A DNA stretch of 64,000 nt from Chloroflexota bacterium (GCA_965221905.1 OZ244922.1:928001-992000), one strand, 5' to 3'. Counted from the stretch's first letter, positions 1 to 12,146 are shown. Translations and numbers: made by a program. The notes: a model not told the origin generated them from the letters alone.

Positions 1-1656
1 TACACAGACAATTCTCTCGGACGATTGCTGTCTAGGACCCGAGTGGCTGCACTGCCAGTCGAAACCGTGACGACACTTAGCAATCTATGCATCAGGGCGA
101 TCACTTGTGTCCTGTCTCGCATTTCGACCTCCAGCGATTCAAACGGAGGAGTCGCGTTGGTAGAAAGATGGCAGGTAGCTTTGGAAGTATTGTCACGGCT
201 TGTGCCACGTCTTCCCCCTGACATGGTTGATGCTGTCTTGGATATTGCTCTCAAGTATTGTAAATCGAGAGACGTCGTCCAACAGCATATGCTTGCGTCG
301 CCTGTCAGGAGATTAGTGGTACGTTCATGGCAATCCTTGTCGAATGAGGGCCGCAGAAATCAAGTTATCGAGCTCTTGAATGCACCAATTGTTGGATTTG
401 ATGGCTTTCCAGATAACGTTGACTTTCCCGATCCGGGAGCTCTTGTGAATTCCCAGGACTTGCCATCCAAATACGTTCTTGACGCCAGCTCAGAATTCCG
501 GCAAGTGGTTAGCTTTCTCATTCGTGGACTAAGAGGTAGCGGGACAGTTCATTTGCGTGCAATTGCAAGGCTAGACCCACTCATTGCTTCAAGTAGCCTA
601 ACAGTGAGTGAAACACATGAAGTTGCTACGGCTCTTTGGGAAGATTCTGACCCAATCCTGAACGACCAGTGAGGCAATAACCATATTCCAGACTGGTTGT
701 ACCTGATGTTACCGGAGCTGGAAGAAGGGAGAGCTGAACAGTCTTTCAGATGTAAGTGGCTAACTCCCAACACGGAGAAGCAGAGCGATAAGAGGGAGTA
801 TGCAATTGACGTTTTGGCCCAAGTAAGTGCGGCGGTTGCAGAATTGGAGAGAATAGGCAAGAGCTTCGCGTTGTCGATGGATGAACAACAACACATTGTA
901 GCCCAGCTTGGGCCTCTCACAGAGCTGCATACTTCGAGTCCAGTTAGCCTGAACTTTGGCCACAGATACTCTAATAGTCAAATCAGCTCATTGATTGTCC
1001 GAATTAGAATGCCAGAGGATGTTGCCGAGCAGTTGATTGAGAGAGTAGAAGATCTGCTTAGAGTGGATCTTCCTATGGGGAATCCTTGGAGCAAACCGCT
1101 TGCCGACCAGCGCATTGGTCTTGGCTACGCACTTATTCCTGGACTGACAAGAGCTCTGCCTAACCAGTTAGACAGAATCTCCTTGTGGCTGACAAACGGG
1201 CTAGGATCTGATGAAAACTCGCGAGCTAGCGGGGCCATCTTGACCCTACTTACTTGGCTCTTTGCGTCAGCACGATCGGAAATGCAGCCTATACCTGAAA
1301 ATCTTATTCGTGAGGTGGGGACGATTATTGCGCTCGGCCACAAAGCCGCACTCGCAGACAGCCTTGTTTTTGCTCGGAATGTGTTTGAAAAAGGACTTTC
1401 ATTAGAACAAGAAATTATCGGCCCGTTTGCGCTAAGGGGCCTTAGCTACCTGTCCCAAGTGCTAAAGTACGATCCAGATCAAGGTCAATATACTGATGTT
1501 TATAGGTTGAGGATTTGTTGCACCGAACTCGCCGTATCTATGGCAAGGCACGGATTTGAGAATGATGATGCTGTTGCTAGATGGTTAGAAATTGGGAAGA
1601 ATGATCCATTTTCCGAAATTAGCAATATAGTGGCCGAATCTGATCTTGTGGGCTAA
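1..1656 (+). pseudogene. C-terminal part of a large helical protein resembling SIR2/Dsr1-type defence proteins; 5'-truncated by the window edge, with an in-frame TGA at 670-672
   Basis: Frame 1 is open from base 1. ORFs 25..672 and 697..1656 share a frame and are separated by a single TGA. Motifs ALEVLSRLVPRL, FPDP, LPExExGxAExxFRxKWL and terminal WLExGKNDPFxEI recall Dsr1-like C-termini (from memory). GC is lower than the flank. Confidence 0.5.
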
Positions 1657-1768
1657 TTTTACTTTGACGATGCGAATGGCTATCCGCATTTCTCACGGTA
1701 CAAGCGAGTAGGATTGAAAGTTTTCCATCTGACTTCAAAAGTGTTCCAATTACAGTTGGACTGTCAGG

Positions 1769-2650
1769 CTAGACGAACGTCTCGAGTGCCACGAAGACGA
1801 AGAACACGGCGGAGAGGGAGCTATTGACGTGGAAGAAGGCGGTGTTGATGCGGGAGAGGTCGCGGGGGTTCACGAGCAGGTGTTCCCAGGTCAGTAGGGC
1901 CGCCGTGGCCGCGATACCGAGCCAGTAGAACAGGCCGAGACCAAGTAGCAGGCCCACGCCCGCCAGGCACAGCGCGGTTGCCGTGTGTGAGATGGCGGAG
2001 AACAGCAGGGCCTTAGGGATGCCGAACCTGGCAGGCACGGAGTAGAGACCCTCGCGCAGGTCTATGTCGTAGTCCTGGCAGGCGTAGATCATGTCGAAAC
2101 CCGCCATCCAGGTTACTACGGCCGCTCCCAGGAGCACCGTGCTCCACGCGAATTCCCCGGTTACCGCAATCCAGCCGCCCATGGGGGCCATGGAGCCGGA
2201 AACGCCGAGCGCAAAGTGGCTCAGCCACGTGAAGCGTTTGGTGTAGGAGTAGGCCACCAGCCAGAAGATCGCCACCGGCGAAAGCAGGGCGCAGAGCGGA
2301 TTGAGCATGGCCGCGGCCAAGACCATTATCGCCAGGGCCACGATGCTCGCGCCCCACATGAATTGCGGCGAAAGTATTCCCTGCGGCAAGGCGCGGACGG
2401 CAGTGCGTGGGTTACGGCTGTCGAGGTGACGGTCGATGATGCGATTGAGCGACATGGCCGCCGTCCTGCCCGCGGTCATGGCTACCGAGACCCAGATGAA
2501 CTGCCACAGCGTCGGCAAGCCATCTGCCGCCAATAGCATGGCGAGATAGGCAAACGGCAAGGTAAACGCCGCGTGTTCGATCTTGATTGCTTCCAGGAAC
2601 ACCGGCACTTTGCGTATGACAGACCCAATGGAAGTGGACGTCGCGCTCAT
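1769..2650 (-). CDS. UbiA-family prenyltransferase (MqnP/futalosine-pathway type)
   Basis: IKIEHxxFxLPFAY, NRIIDRHLDSRNPRT, YSYTKRFT and GFDMIYACQDYDxD motifs; multiple TM helices. Confidence 0.9.
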   Translation of the reverse strand: MSATSTSIGSVIRKVPVFLEAIKIEHAAFTLPFAYLAMLLAADGLPTLWQFIWVSVAMTAGRTAAMSLNRIIDRHLDSRNPRTAVRALPQGILSPQFMWGASIVALAIMVLAAAMLNPLCALLSPVAIFWLVAYSYTKRFTWLSHFALGVSGSMAPMGGWIAVTGEFAWSTVLLGAAVVTWMAGFDMIYACQDYDIDLREGLYSVPARFGIPKALLFSAISHTATALCLAGVGLLLGLGLFYWLGIAATAALLTWEHLLVNPRDLSRINTAFFHVNSSLSAVFFVFVALETFV

Positions 2651-2803
2651 AGCAACCTTCTATACCAATCCAAACTGCGCTTGAAAACGTACCATTTGAG
2701 CTATTTAGGACTCCTCTAAACTACATGGTCTCTACGTCGCACTTGCCACCGTCCCGACGGCCACGTGATGCCCGTTTCTTTCAAAGGGCAGACGACGCAC
2801 AAT

Positions 2804-2874
2804 CCGTCATTCCGGCGAAAACTGGAATCCATCTTCGCAGAGTCCCTGGACTCCGGCCTTCGCCGGAGTGACGG
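2804..2874. repeat. Palindromic repeat family A (CCGTCATTCCGGCGAA...GGA(T/C)TCCGGCxTxCGCCGGA(A/G)TGACGG), full two-arm copy
   Basis: Inverted arms. Related full or half copies at about 13745, 14747, 24481, 24643, 43638, 46395, 50253 and 53078. Confidence 0.85.
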
Positions 2875-3131
2875 GCAAGAAGCCAGCCACCATGAATTGC
2901 CCTTCTCCTGCCCACGGCTTGCCGCTGGGAATGTGGCCTGGCAGGGTCGTGGTGTTTGCAGCCAATGCGGGTATCTGCTTCTACATGCGATTCTTTATTT
3001 GCGGCTGAGCGAGGGACAAGCCCCGCGCTACGTATACCTGCCTGACTCTCCATTTTCGGACACAGACCGCAGATCTACGAAACGGTTCTGTCAGTCTGAA
3101 TCACGGCGCTTGCCTTTTCCACTGGCTTTCG

Positions 3132-3722
3132 CTACTCGTCGGCAAGCATCTTCACGAGCAGAGCTTCCATAGTTGCGATCGGCAGCGGGCCGACAAACTT
3201 GGCGGCGATTTTACCGTCCGGAGTGATGAAAAACGTTTCGGGTATGCCGGAAACCCCGTACTCAATGGCGATTTTGCCATTTGGATCGGGCCCACTGGGG
3301 TACGTTTGCCCGAATACTTTGCGGAATTCAGCCGCGGCCTCTTCGGAATCCCAGAGATTTATGCCGAGGATAACAACGCCGCGGTCCGCGTAGCGTTGAT
3401 GGGTCTCTTCCAGCGTTGGCGCTTCGGCGCGGCACGGGGTGCACCAGGAGGCCCAGAAATTGATTACCACCGGTTGGCCGCGAAATTCACTCAAACGCAC
3501 CACGCGCCCGTCGCTGAGCGTCAGCGCAAAGTCCGGCGCGGGGCGATTATCCATGCGGATGAGTTTCGGCTCCAGGTTGATGCCGGGCGAAAAGCCGGCC
3601 AGTTGTCCGCTCTGCGAGAGCACGTAGAAGAGCAGCGCCAACAGACCCGAGATCATCGCGACAAAGAGCGGAATGAGAATATACCGCAGCGGTATAATCC
3701 GCGGAGCCCTAAGCGCGCTCAC
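3132..3722 (-). CDS. Membrane-anchored TlpA/ResA/CcmG-like thiol:disulfide oxidoreductase
   Basis: N-terminal TM helix, NFWASWCTPC and GIPETFFI motifs; GTG start overlaps the upstream gene's TGA (GTGA). Confidence 0.9.
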   Translation of the reverse strand: MSALRAPRIIPLRYILIPLFVAMISGLLALLFYVLSQSGQLAGFSPGINLEPKLIRMDNRPAPDFALTLSDGRVVRLSEFRGQPVVINFWASWCTPCRAEAPTLEETHQRYADRGVVILGINLWDSEEAAAEFRKVFGQTYPSGPDPNGKIAIEYGVSGIPETFFITPDGKIAAKFVGPLPIATMEALLVKMLADE

Positions 3723-4522
3723 TGCACAGTCTCCCAAATGTGCTCGATCAGGTAGGGAAGGTCGTCGCCGCGGAAGACGGCATTGCGCCCGTCGAGACGC
3801 TCCTGGCGGGGAGGACTGTAGACGCTCTGGTCCCAGATATGCGTGTCCGTGACCGTAACCTGAATTTCATATGGCGGTTGCAGCGCCCAGATCGGGGGGA
3901 GAGAGGGAGAAGCAAGCGCGTCACATACCGCTTCATCTATTTCGGCGCGTATCGTGGCGGGAGGGCGCAGCTTGGCAGCCTGAAAGCCAAAGCCCCACTT
4001 TGTCGTGCACGTTCGCACACCCGGCAGTAATGACTCCGCCTCGGCGCAGGCGTGATTGTCGCCACTCACCAACACCACAGGTACATGCTGAGTGCCGCAC
4101 AATGCAGCGTGGATGCCGATAGTGCCGAGGTCTTGTCCATTTATCAGGACGCGCTGAATGCTCGGCGCTAGCGTTTGACAGAGCACCGCGCCCCAGGCGC
4201 CGGCCTTGGCGGGGTGGCCGAGCAGAATGGCGGCATTTGCATTGGCAAGCTCAGCAAACCGCACCTGTTGTTGCTCGCCGAAGACATACGTCGCGCCTGG
4301 ATGCAGCAGGTCTTCGTGAAACGGCACAAGGCCCGTGGCGTCGTGCACAAGGACCTCACTTGCACCCGCCCGCTGCGCTCCGGTAACCGCAGCCTGTATC
4401 TCACGCGCCATCAACGTGCGCGCTTCATCGTAGAGGAAGGATGCCTCTCCGTGTGGGTCAATCTGATTGCGGTGTACGACGCCAGCAGTACCGGCGTACA
4501 GAGCGATGATTACGACTTTCAT
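3719..4522 (-). CDS. Peptidase M55 (DppA D-aminopeptidase)-like protein with degenerate metal ligands
   Basis: Family-like segments AAVxGAxxAGAxEVLVxD, AKAG, VPVVLVSGD and TxTTKWGxG; the canonical DxE and His ligands are missing. Confidence 0.75.
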   Translation of the reverse strand: MKVVIIALYAGTAGVVHRNQIDPHGEASFLYDEARTLMAREIQAAVTGAQRAGASEVLVHDATGLVPFHEDLLHPGATYVFGEQQQVRFAELANANAAILLGHPAKAGAWGAVLCQTLAPSIQRVLINGQDLGTIGIHAALCGTQHVPVVLVSGDNHACAEAESLLPGVRTCTTKWGFGFQAAKLRPPATIRAEIDEAVCDALASPSLPPIWALQPPYEIQVTVTDTHIWDQSVYSPPRQERLDGRNAVFRGDDLPYLIEHIWETVQ

Positions 4523-4718
4523 AGGGACATTACTAGCTAGGGACGGTGGATATGTGCAAGAACTGTGCGCTCGACATAGCATTATCCAACGGAGGCGTCA
4601 GGCAGATTACAGATTCAATTGGATGTAACTGGCACAAGACAAGGGATTACGAGCATGGTTGCGAAAATGCGTGCGGAATATTGGGCCTCCAATGGGCGCG
4701 ATACACCGGACGACACGA

Positions 4719-5888
4719 TTACATGGTAGGCCCGATCCTGTGGGGAGCGAATTCCCGATGTCCCAGGATTTCAGTAGCCGTAAGCAGCCCGTTGACGGTG
4801 TCGAGAGTAAGGTCGAACAGATGCTCGCCAAGCTCGCGGATGGTGGCGTTGCCTTCTAGCACCGGTACGCCGGAAAAGTCGATGTTGTCCTGCATACGCT
4901 CCACAGTCTGCGGATTGGCGCACACTTTGATGACCGGCGCGATCGGATTGCCCAGGGGCGAGCCCCGCCCGGTGGTGAAAATGCAGACCTGAGCGCCGCC
5001 GGCCATCATGCCGGTCACCGATTCCGAGTCAAAACCCGGCGTGTCCATCACCACCAGTCCTTTCTTGCTGGGGGCGTCGGCATAGCCGATCACCTCTTCC
5101 AGGACGGTAGTGCCGCCTTTGTAGATGCAGCCCAGGGACTTCTCTTCGATGGTCGTCAGCCCGCCTTGTATGTTGCCCGGGGCTGGATTAGCCCCCCGAA
5201 TCGAGACGCCCATCTTGAGCGCGTCGTTTTCCGCTTTGCGCACCACGGCGATGAGCTGCTCGCCAATTTCCGGTACGCGCGCCCTCTGGGCAAAGATGTG
5301 TTCGGCGCCGATGAACTCCGCGGCCTCGCTAATTATCACTGTGCCGCCGGCTTCCACCAGCATATCGGAGACCACGCCGGTAATGGGATTACTGGACAAC
5401 CCGCTGGTAGTGTCGGAGCCCCCGCATTCAGTCGCCAGGACGAGCTCTGAGAGTGGGAATTCCTCCCGCTGCATAGAAGAGAGCTTGGCTGAGAGTTTTT
5501 GCGCCATCTGCGCGCCTTGTTGGATGGTTTTGATGGAGCCGCCGGCCTCTTGTATCACGATGAGCTCCACCGGCTTGCCAGTCTTGGCGATACCCTCGGC
5601 AATCAGGGGTGCTTCCGCCGTCTCGCAGCCAAGCCCGACCACGATGACACCCCCGACGTTCGGATTGCTGCCGGTTCCTACCATCGTACGCACGAAAAGG
5701 TCTGCATCCGCTCCCAGTTGACCGCATCCATATTGATGTGTCGTGGTAACCGCGCCGGGCACGAGTTCCGTAATGCGCTGGCCCACGGTAGCCGAACAAA
5801 TCACCGAGGGCAGGATCGCCAGGTGATTGCGCACTCCCACACGACCGTCGGGTCGGCGGTAGCCTTGAAATGACTCTGCACGTGCCAC
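4719..5888 (-). CDS. UxaA-family dehydratase / sulfolactate sulfo-lyase large (beta) subunit
   Basis: GYRRPDGRVGVRN, GLGCE, ECGGSD, NPAPGNxxGGLTTIEEKSLG and FTTGRG motifs. Confidence 0.92.
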   Translation of the reverse strand: MARAESFQGYRRPDGRVGVRNHLAILPSVICSATVGQRITELVPGAVTTTHQYGCGQLGADADLFVRTMVGTGSNPNVGGVIVVGLGCETAEAPLIAEGIAKTGKPVELIVIQEAGGSIKTIQQGAQMAQKLSAKLSSMQREEFPLSELVLATECGGSDTTSGLSSNPITGVVSDMLVEAGGTVIISEAAEFIGAEHIFAQRARVPEIGEQLIAVVRKAENDALKMGVSIRGANPAPGNIQGGLTTIEEKSLGCIYKGGTTVLEEVIGYADAPSKKGLVVMDTPGFDSESVTGMMAGGAQVCIFTTGRGSPLGNPIAPVIKVCANPQTVERMQDNIDFSGVPVLEGNATIRELGEHLFDLTLDTVNGLLTATEILGHREFAPHRIGPTM

Positions 5889-6274
5889 GGTGTTTACCCC
5901 CTCTTCCGGCCTCGTTTGGTATCAAATACAGTCAATCTCACTTTACTTTCCCTCGTATTGTACTCTTCTTGTCGATTCAGTGTTGTCGCACGCCGGGCAC
6001 CTGCATGGTAGAGAAAAAACTGCCTCGCCCATGTGGCGAAAGTTGCTGCAATCACGGGACAAGTGCACGATAAGACCGTGTGTCCGCGACGGCAATCAAG
6101 CTGAAATAGTGTGATGGTCCAAGAGGAGCATTCTTGCAGGGATACGCTGCTATTAAGCGAAAACACGGCCATTTCTCGCACAATAGGGATGTAATTTGAC
6201 ATTAAAGTGCATGTAGCGTACGGTGAATCACTGTGCTATTGCACACTTTTGCTTGACAGCCCGCACGAAGTAAA

Positions 6275-6301
6275 CTGAGACTCGGCAAGAGCGAGTGTAG
6301 T
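6275..6301 (+). promoter_or_regulatory. Degenerate CIRCE-like (HrcA) inverted repeat upstream of groEL
   Basis: CTGAGACTC-N9-GAGTGTAGT versus consensus TTAGCACTC-N9-GAGTGCTAA; correct 9-nt spacer, outer bases mismatched. Confidence 0.35.
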
Positions 6302-6349
6302 TTGCCGGGTATGTAAAATCATAGTTTGTTGAACGAGGAGACTGCATAG

Positions 6350-7972
<1,623 letters not shown>

Positions 7973-8000
7973 TCGCTAGCTATAGACAATGACAGCTTTG

Positions 8001-8030
8001 GCCCCTCCACGCTGGAGGGGCTTGCTTTTT
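8001..8030 (+). terminator. Intrinsic terminator after groEL
   Basis: GCCCCTCCA-cgc-TGGAGGGGC followed by TTGCTTTTT. Confidence 0.75.
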
Positions 8031-8299
8031 CTGTCTGCGCCGCTTCTCGGACTTTCGTCCGCCGACCCCGAGCCTCTCGCGGGCGGGACCCACGTACGCG
8101 TGCGCACTTGGCTGCGGCCTTGCAATTCGCCTGCACTAGCGAATGGCAGCCTTCCCGTAACGCAAAGGCTTCGACGGTACTTGAGGCGAGATCAAGGGAT
8201 AACGGTTTTGAACCTAGCAAAAACCAGAGCGTGTTCGGTAAGAACTGGTGATACTATGTAGTTAAAGGCTGTAAGTGCCGCTACAAAGGAGTGGAAGTC

Positions 8300-8917
8300 A
8301 TGAATAAGCGGGCATTGCTGATTGCTATTGGCTTGATCGTCGTCGTGGTCGGTGGAGCGGCGGGTTGGTGGCTTGGGTCGCCCTTGTTCATCAACACGGT
8401 CGTCGAGGAGGAGCTGCCGTTCGAGATTCCGACTGCGGAAGAAATGGACAAGATGTCCGAAGACGAGCGCGAGAAGGTGGCCGCGGATGTAATGGATGCG
8501 GCAGCGAAGATGCCGGACAAAGAGATGGAAGAAGAGATGCCGGAGCAGGCGGAAGACGCGCAACCGGCGGTGGTAGCACAGGGCCAGTTCCGCGATGCGG
8601 ACGAATTCCATAAAGGCGCCGGCACGGTAACGCTCTACCGCTTGGCGGACGGCACGCACCTCCTGCGGTTTGAAGACTTCCGCGTTACCAACGGTCCGCA
8701 GCTTCACGTGTTGCTGGTGAACCATGCTGATCCTGCCAGCCGCGCCGACATTGAGGAGGGGTACGTCGATCTGGGGTCGATAAAAGGAAACGTGGGCAGC
8801 CAGAACTACGAGATTGCGGCTGACACCGCCATAGACTCCGTGAATAGCATCGTAATCTACTGCAAGCCCTTCCACGTCGTCTTTGCCACGGCACCGCTCA
8901 GCAGCGATGGGAATTAG
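8300..8917 (+). CDS. DM13 domain membrane-anchored protein
   Basis: TM anchor, SPLFINTVVEE, then HKGAG, LRFEDFxVTNGPxLHV, LKGNxGxQNY-like and IYCKPFHVVFAxAPL. Confidence 0.9.
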   Translation: MNKRALLIAIGLIVVVVGGAAGWWLGSPLFINTVVEEELPFEIPTAEEMDKMSEDEREKVAADVMDAAAKMPDKEMEEEMPEQAEDAQPAVVAQGQFRDADEFHKGAGTVTLYRLADGTHLLRFEDFRVTNGPQLHVLLVNHADPASRADIEEGYVDLGSIKGNVGSQNYEIAADTAIDSVNSIVIYCKPFHVVFATAPLSSDGN

Positions 8918-9104
8918 GATGGTTTGACGCTCAATAGCATTCCTGTAGTTTCCTCGAATTGCGCTGACAGATTGGTCACCGAGGAGGCAACGCGACGAAG
9001 GCCGATACAGGGGCATTGAAGCGCGACTCTAAATGTGGCCGGAGGCCGATTGGGGTCACTTAGCGGAAACTAGGCAGAGCGATCGGTTGATCTCTTGCAA
9101 AAGA

Positions 9105-9132
9105 GTAGGGGCACGGCATGCCGCGCCCCTAC
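9105..9132. repeat. GTAG-type REP-like palindrome
   Basis: GTAGGGGCACGGCATGCCGCGCCCCTAC. Confidence 0.75.
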
Positions 9133-9279
9133 GTCCTTCGTTGCTATTGCGGGATAGCTCTCGCGCCAGGCGCGTAGTGCCTTGCGGCTTCCCGTTGCAT
9201 TGAGCGCAGGAGTTTACAGAGCAGGCATTGCAAACAGTGCCGGAGCGTGGGTAGGAATTCCAATCCGCGCCGATGGGGC

Positions 9280-9300
9280 GCAGGTTGCAAACCTGCGCTA
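9280..9300. repeat. REP-like hairpin GCAGGTT(G/A/T)(C/G)AAACCTGCG
   Basis: Related copies at 30274-30296, 32227-32248 and 46425-46445. Confidence 0.7.
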
Positions 9301-9436
9301 CCGGAGTTTGGGCAATCGGAGCCGGGGACGGCGCTGAGGGCCGGAACGGGCAACGCTTCCATTAGACCGACGGCATCTATTGGCAGAGACTCTCCGGCCA
9401 GCTACCGATTGCGCCCAGGCAGTACCAAGCTCCCGC

Positions 9437-10372
9437 TTACGCCGGATCGAGCGCCTGCGATTTCGCGGGGTCGCTAGCAGTCTGCGGCTGTTCGGCGTGG
9501 CGTTCCAACGGCCAGAAGAAGAGCGCCGTAGCCGAAGCCATGATCAAGGCTGCGGTAAGAACGTGCGCCACCCGCAGCGCGTCGGGCAGGCCCATCAATA
9601 CCTGCGCAAAGCCCAGCGTGATTTGCACCGCCAAGAGCGCGATTACGAGGACGCCGATCATTCTTGCATTGCTCTGGTCCAGGCGTATACGCCAGCCCGC
9701 CAGTAAAGCCAACGTAACGGCAAATACGTATGCAGAGTAGCGGTGGCCCATGTGCACCTCTTCGAGGATACGGGGCGAGCCGCCGCCGCCGTCGCAACTC
9801 AGGATGCCGTGGCAAGCAATGCCTGCCGCCATGCCGACCACAAACGCGCCGGAAACCACGACGAGAAGCCCGGCGGAGAGGGCGGCAATTCCGCGCCACT
9901 TGGGGAATGCACTGACGCTGAGCGAGTTGTTCTGCACCTGCACCGCGCCCAATACGGTCGCGGAGATGAAGAGCATGGAAATCGTAAGGTGGGAACCTAC
10001 GAGCAGGGCCGGTAATTCCGTAAGTACCGTCACCGCTCCGAGGACTATCTGCGCCACGAGCAGACAAGTGATCACAAGCACGGTGGGGCGTACTTGGCGC
10101 ATGCGGCCTTGGCCGAACCACGCCTTGACCAGCACCCAGATCACGCCGACGGTCAGGAGCAACGCCAACAAGCGATGAACAAACTCAATGACCGCCGCTG
10201 TTTCGAAGGGCGGAATCACCTGACCTGAACAGAGCGGCCAATCGGGACATCCCAGTCCCGAGCCCGTCGCCCGTACCACCGCTCCCCATAGAATGTGTAT
10301 GAGGGCCAGCGAAACGACACCCCACATTACCAGCTTTGCTTGATTGTCACTACGCTTCAATGCCTTCGTCAT
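9437..10372 (-). CDS. ctaA: Heme A synthase (COX15/CtaA family)
   Basis: GSGLGCPDWPLC, EFVHR, a second Cys pair, HMGHR and a C-terminal His; about 8 TM helices. Confidence 0.9.
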   Translation of the reverse strand: MTKALKRSDNQAKLVMWGVVSLALIHILWGAVVRATGSGLGCPDWPLCSGQVIPPFETAAVIEFVHRLLALLLTVGVIWVLVKAWFGQGRMRQVRPTVLVITCLLVAQIVLGAVTVLTELPALLVGSHLTISMLFISATVLGAVQVQNNSLSVSAFPKWRGIAALSAGLLVVVSGAFVVGMAAGIACHGILSCDGGGGSPRILEEVHMGHRYSAYVFAVTLALLAGWRIRLDQSNARMIGVLVIALLAVQITLGFAQVLMGLPDALRVAHVLTAALIMASATALFFWPLERHAEQPQTASDPAKSQALDPA

Positions 10373-10628
10373 GCTTCTCTCCTTCTGCGTAACATCTCAA
10401 ATTCAGTATATCATTGCGCTCGCAATTGAGGCATCAGCGCAAGACGTCATTGAGTTGCCAGGCAGGTACATCCATGTCATTATCTTTGACAGAGCCGCCG
10501 CCCGAGGGTAGAGAGAAAGGTGGAGGCGCACGACATTCTGTTGGTCGTGATCAGTGTGTGAGGGTCGTGCGCGCAAGCTTGTCCCGGTAGTTTATGGGAA
10601 TGGGCCTACAACTTAAGGAGCATTAACT

Positions 10629-11651
10629 ATGCCGGAAAGTATCAAGGTCGTCGCACTTGAATCAGCGCACACCCACATTAACAGCCTGATCAGGCAGACG
10701 CAGGAGTTGGCAGGCGCCGAGTTTGTCGGCTTTGCCGATCCGAAGCCGGAACACCGCGCCCAGACCCAAGAGCGCAGTGGACTCGGCGACGATATGGTTT
10801 TTGCCGACTATGAAAGGCTCCTTGACGAACGCCAACCGGATGCCGCGATCATATGTTCCACGAATGCCGATCACGTGAAGTACGTGGAAGCGCTGGCGCC
10901 GCGGGGCATTCACATCATGCTGGAGAAGCCGTTTGCCGCCAGCCTCTCAGATGCCGACCGCATGATTGCGGCGTGCGAGAAGCACGACGTGACCTTGATG
11001 GTCAATTGGCCGACCGCTTGGGGTCCGGCATTGCGGCGGGCGCGCGAAATCACTCAATCGGGCGTGCTCGGGCAAGTCTTTCAGATTGCCTTCCGGGGCG
11101 GACACATGGGGCCCACCGCCGATTTCGATAGTTGGTGGTACCGTCCGCAGGATGGCGGCGGTGTGCTGCTGGACTACTGCTGCTACGCGGCTAACGTCTT
11201 TACGTGGATTCTCGGCAAGGTGCCGCGCCAGGTCTGCGGCATGGCCGATACACTGGTGAAGCCGGTCAAGTCTGAGGACAACGCGGTGCTCCTCCTGCGC
11301 TATGACGACGCGCTCTGCGTCAGCCAGGCCACCTGGACCCGATTCGGACCGGAACCGATTCACGGACCTGTCATCAATGGCACAGCCGGCAGCGTGACCG
11401 TGATCGGCAGAAACCAAGTCAAGCACTGCACGCAGGAGAACCCGGTCGGCGACATCATTGATGTACCCGATTTGCCGGAACCCCACATGCAGAGCGGGCC
11501 GGCGTATTTCGTCCACGCTCTACTGAACGGCACACCAATCGAGTCGCCGTGCGACGCGGCGTTCAACCGGGATGGACAAGAAATTCTGGAGGCGGGCAAG
11601 ATTGCGGTGCAGACCGGCGTTACGGTGAATCTGCCTATTTTGCGGGCCTAG
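10629..11651 (+). CDS. Gfo/Idh/MocA family oxidoreductase
   Basis: HIMLEKPFA, GGGVLLDYCCY and EDNAV motifs; AAGGAG RBS. Confidence 0.9.
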   Translation: MPESIKVVALESAHTHINSLIRQTQELAGAEFVGFADPKPEHRAQTQERSGLGDDMVFADYERLLDERQPDAAIICSTNADHVKYVEALAPRGIHIMLEKPFAASLSDADRMIAACEKHDVTLMVNWPTAWGPALRRAREITQSGVLGQVFQIAFRGGHMGPTADFDSWWYRPQDGGGVLLDYCCYAANVFTWILGKVPRQVCGMADTLVKPVKSEDNAVLLLRYDDALCVSQATWTRFGPEPIHGPVINGTAGSVTVIGRNQVKHCTQENPVGDIIDVPDLPEPHMQSGPAYFVHALLNGTPIESPCDAAFNRDGQEILEAGKIAVQTGVTVNLPILRA

Positions 11652-11682
11652 AGTCCCAACATAAATCTTGCTATTGGATGAA

Positions 11683-11711
11683 AGAGAGGGAATGCCATGC
11701 ATTCCCTCTCT
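11683..11711. terminator. Strong hairpin, probable terminator
   Basis: AGAGAGGGAATGC-cat-GCATTCCCTCTCT just downstream of the stop codon. Confidence 0.6.
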
Positions 11712-11880
11712 TCATGTTTGAAGACGAATTTTCTAAGGAGCCGACGAAAGAAACTGCGATTGCACCTTGGCTGCAAAGAAGGTCTGTTAGCCCAAGACCC
11801 GTCTAGATTTCAGCGCAATTCGTTCTACGCATGTCCAGGTTCGACGCGATGGAATTGGAGGAGTCTCAGAGGGCCTGCAC

Positions 11881-11960
11881 GCCGTTCGTGCTGAGCACAT
11901 TGAAAAGCTCAGCACAGGCTGTCGAAGTGCTCAGCACAGGCTTGTGGAAGCATGAACGGA
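11881..11960. repeat. Palindromic repeat family B (CCGTTCGTGCTGAGC...GTCGAAG...GAACGG)
   Basis: Related copies at about 27322, 48375-48462, 48596, 48654 and 52981. Confidence 0.75.
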
Positions 11961-11997
11961 CCATCGATGTGCATTTGCTACGCATCTTGCCCATCCA

Positions 11998-12018
11998 TAT
12001 ACCCCCCAGTGGTATAAT
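11998..12018 (+). promoter_or_regulatory. CsoR-like operator overlapping an extended -10 promoter of copA
   Basis: TATACC-CCCCAGT-GGTATA inverted repeat with a C tract; TGGTATAAT extended -10; lies upstream of a Cu-ATPase. Confidence 0.65.
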
Positions 12019-12146
12019 TGTAGGTGAGCATAGTTGCTCGCTGCGTGGGTCGCTGGTGCGCTAAAAGTCACAGCCGGCGGTAAGAGACGAGACATAATGA
12101 GAAGGCTGCGAGTGGGAAGCGCCCGCAGCACTTAGAGAATTGAACC

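Noticed and set aside
670-705. Selenocysteine recoding of the TGA
   Set aside because: Only a weak downstream stem is present, with no redox-motif context and no convincing SECIS; a nonsense change or sequencing error is simpler.
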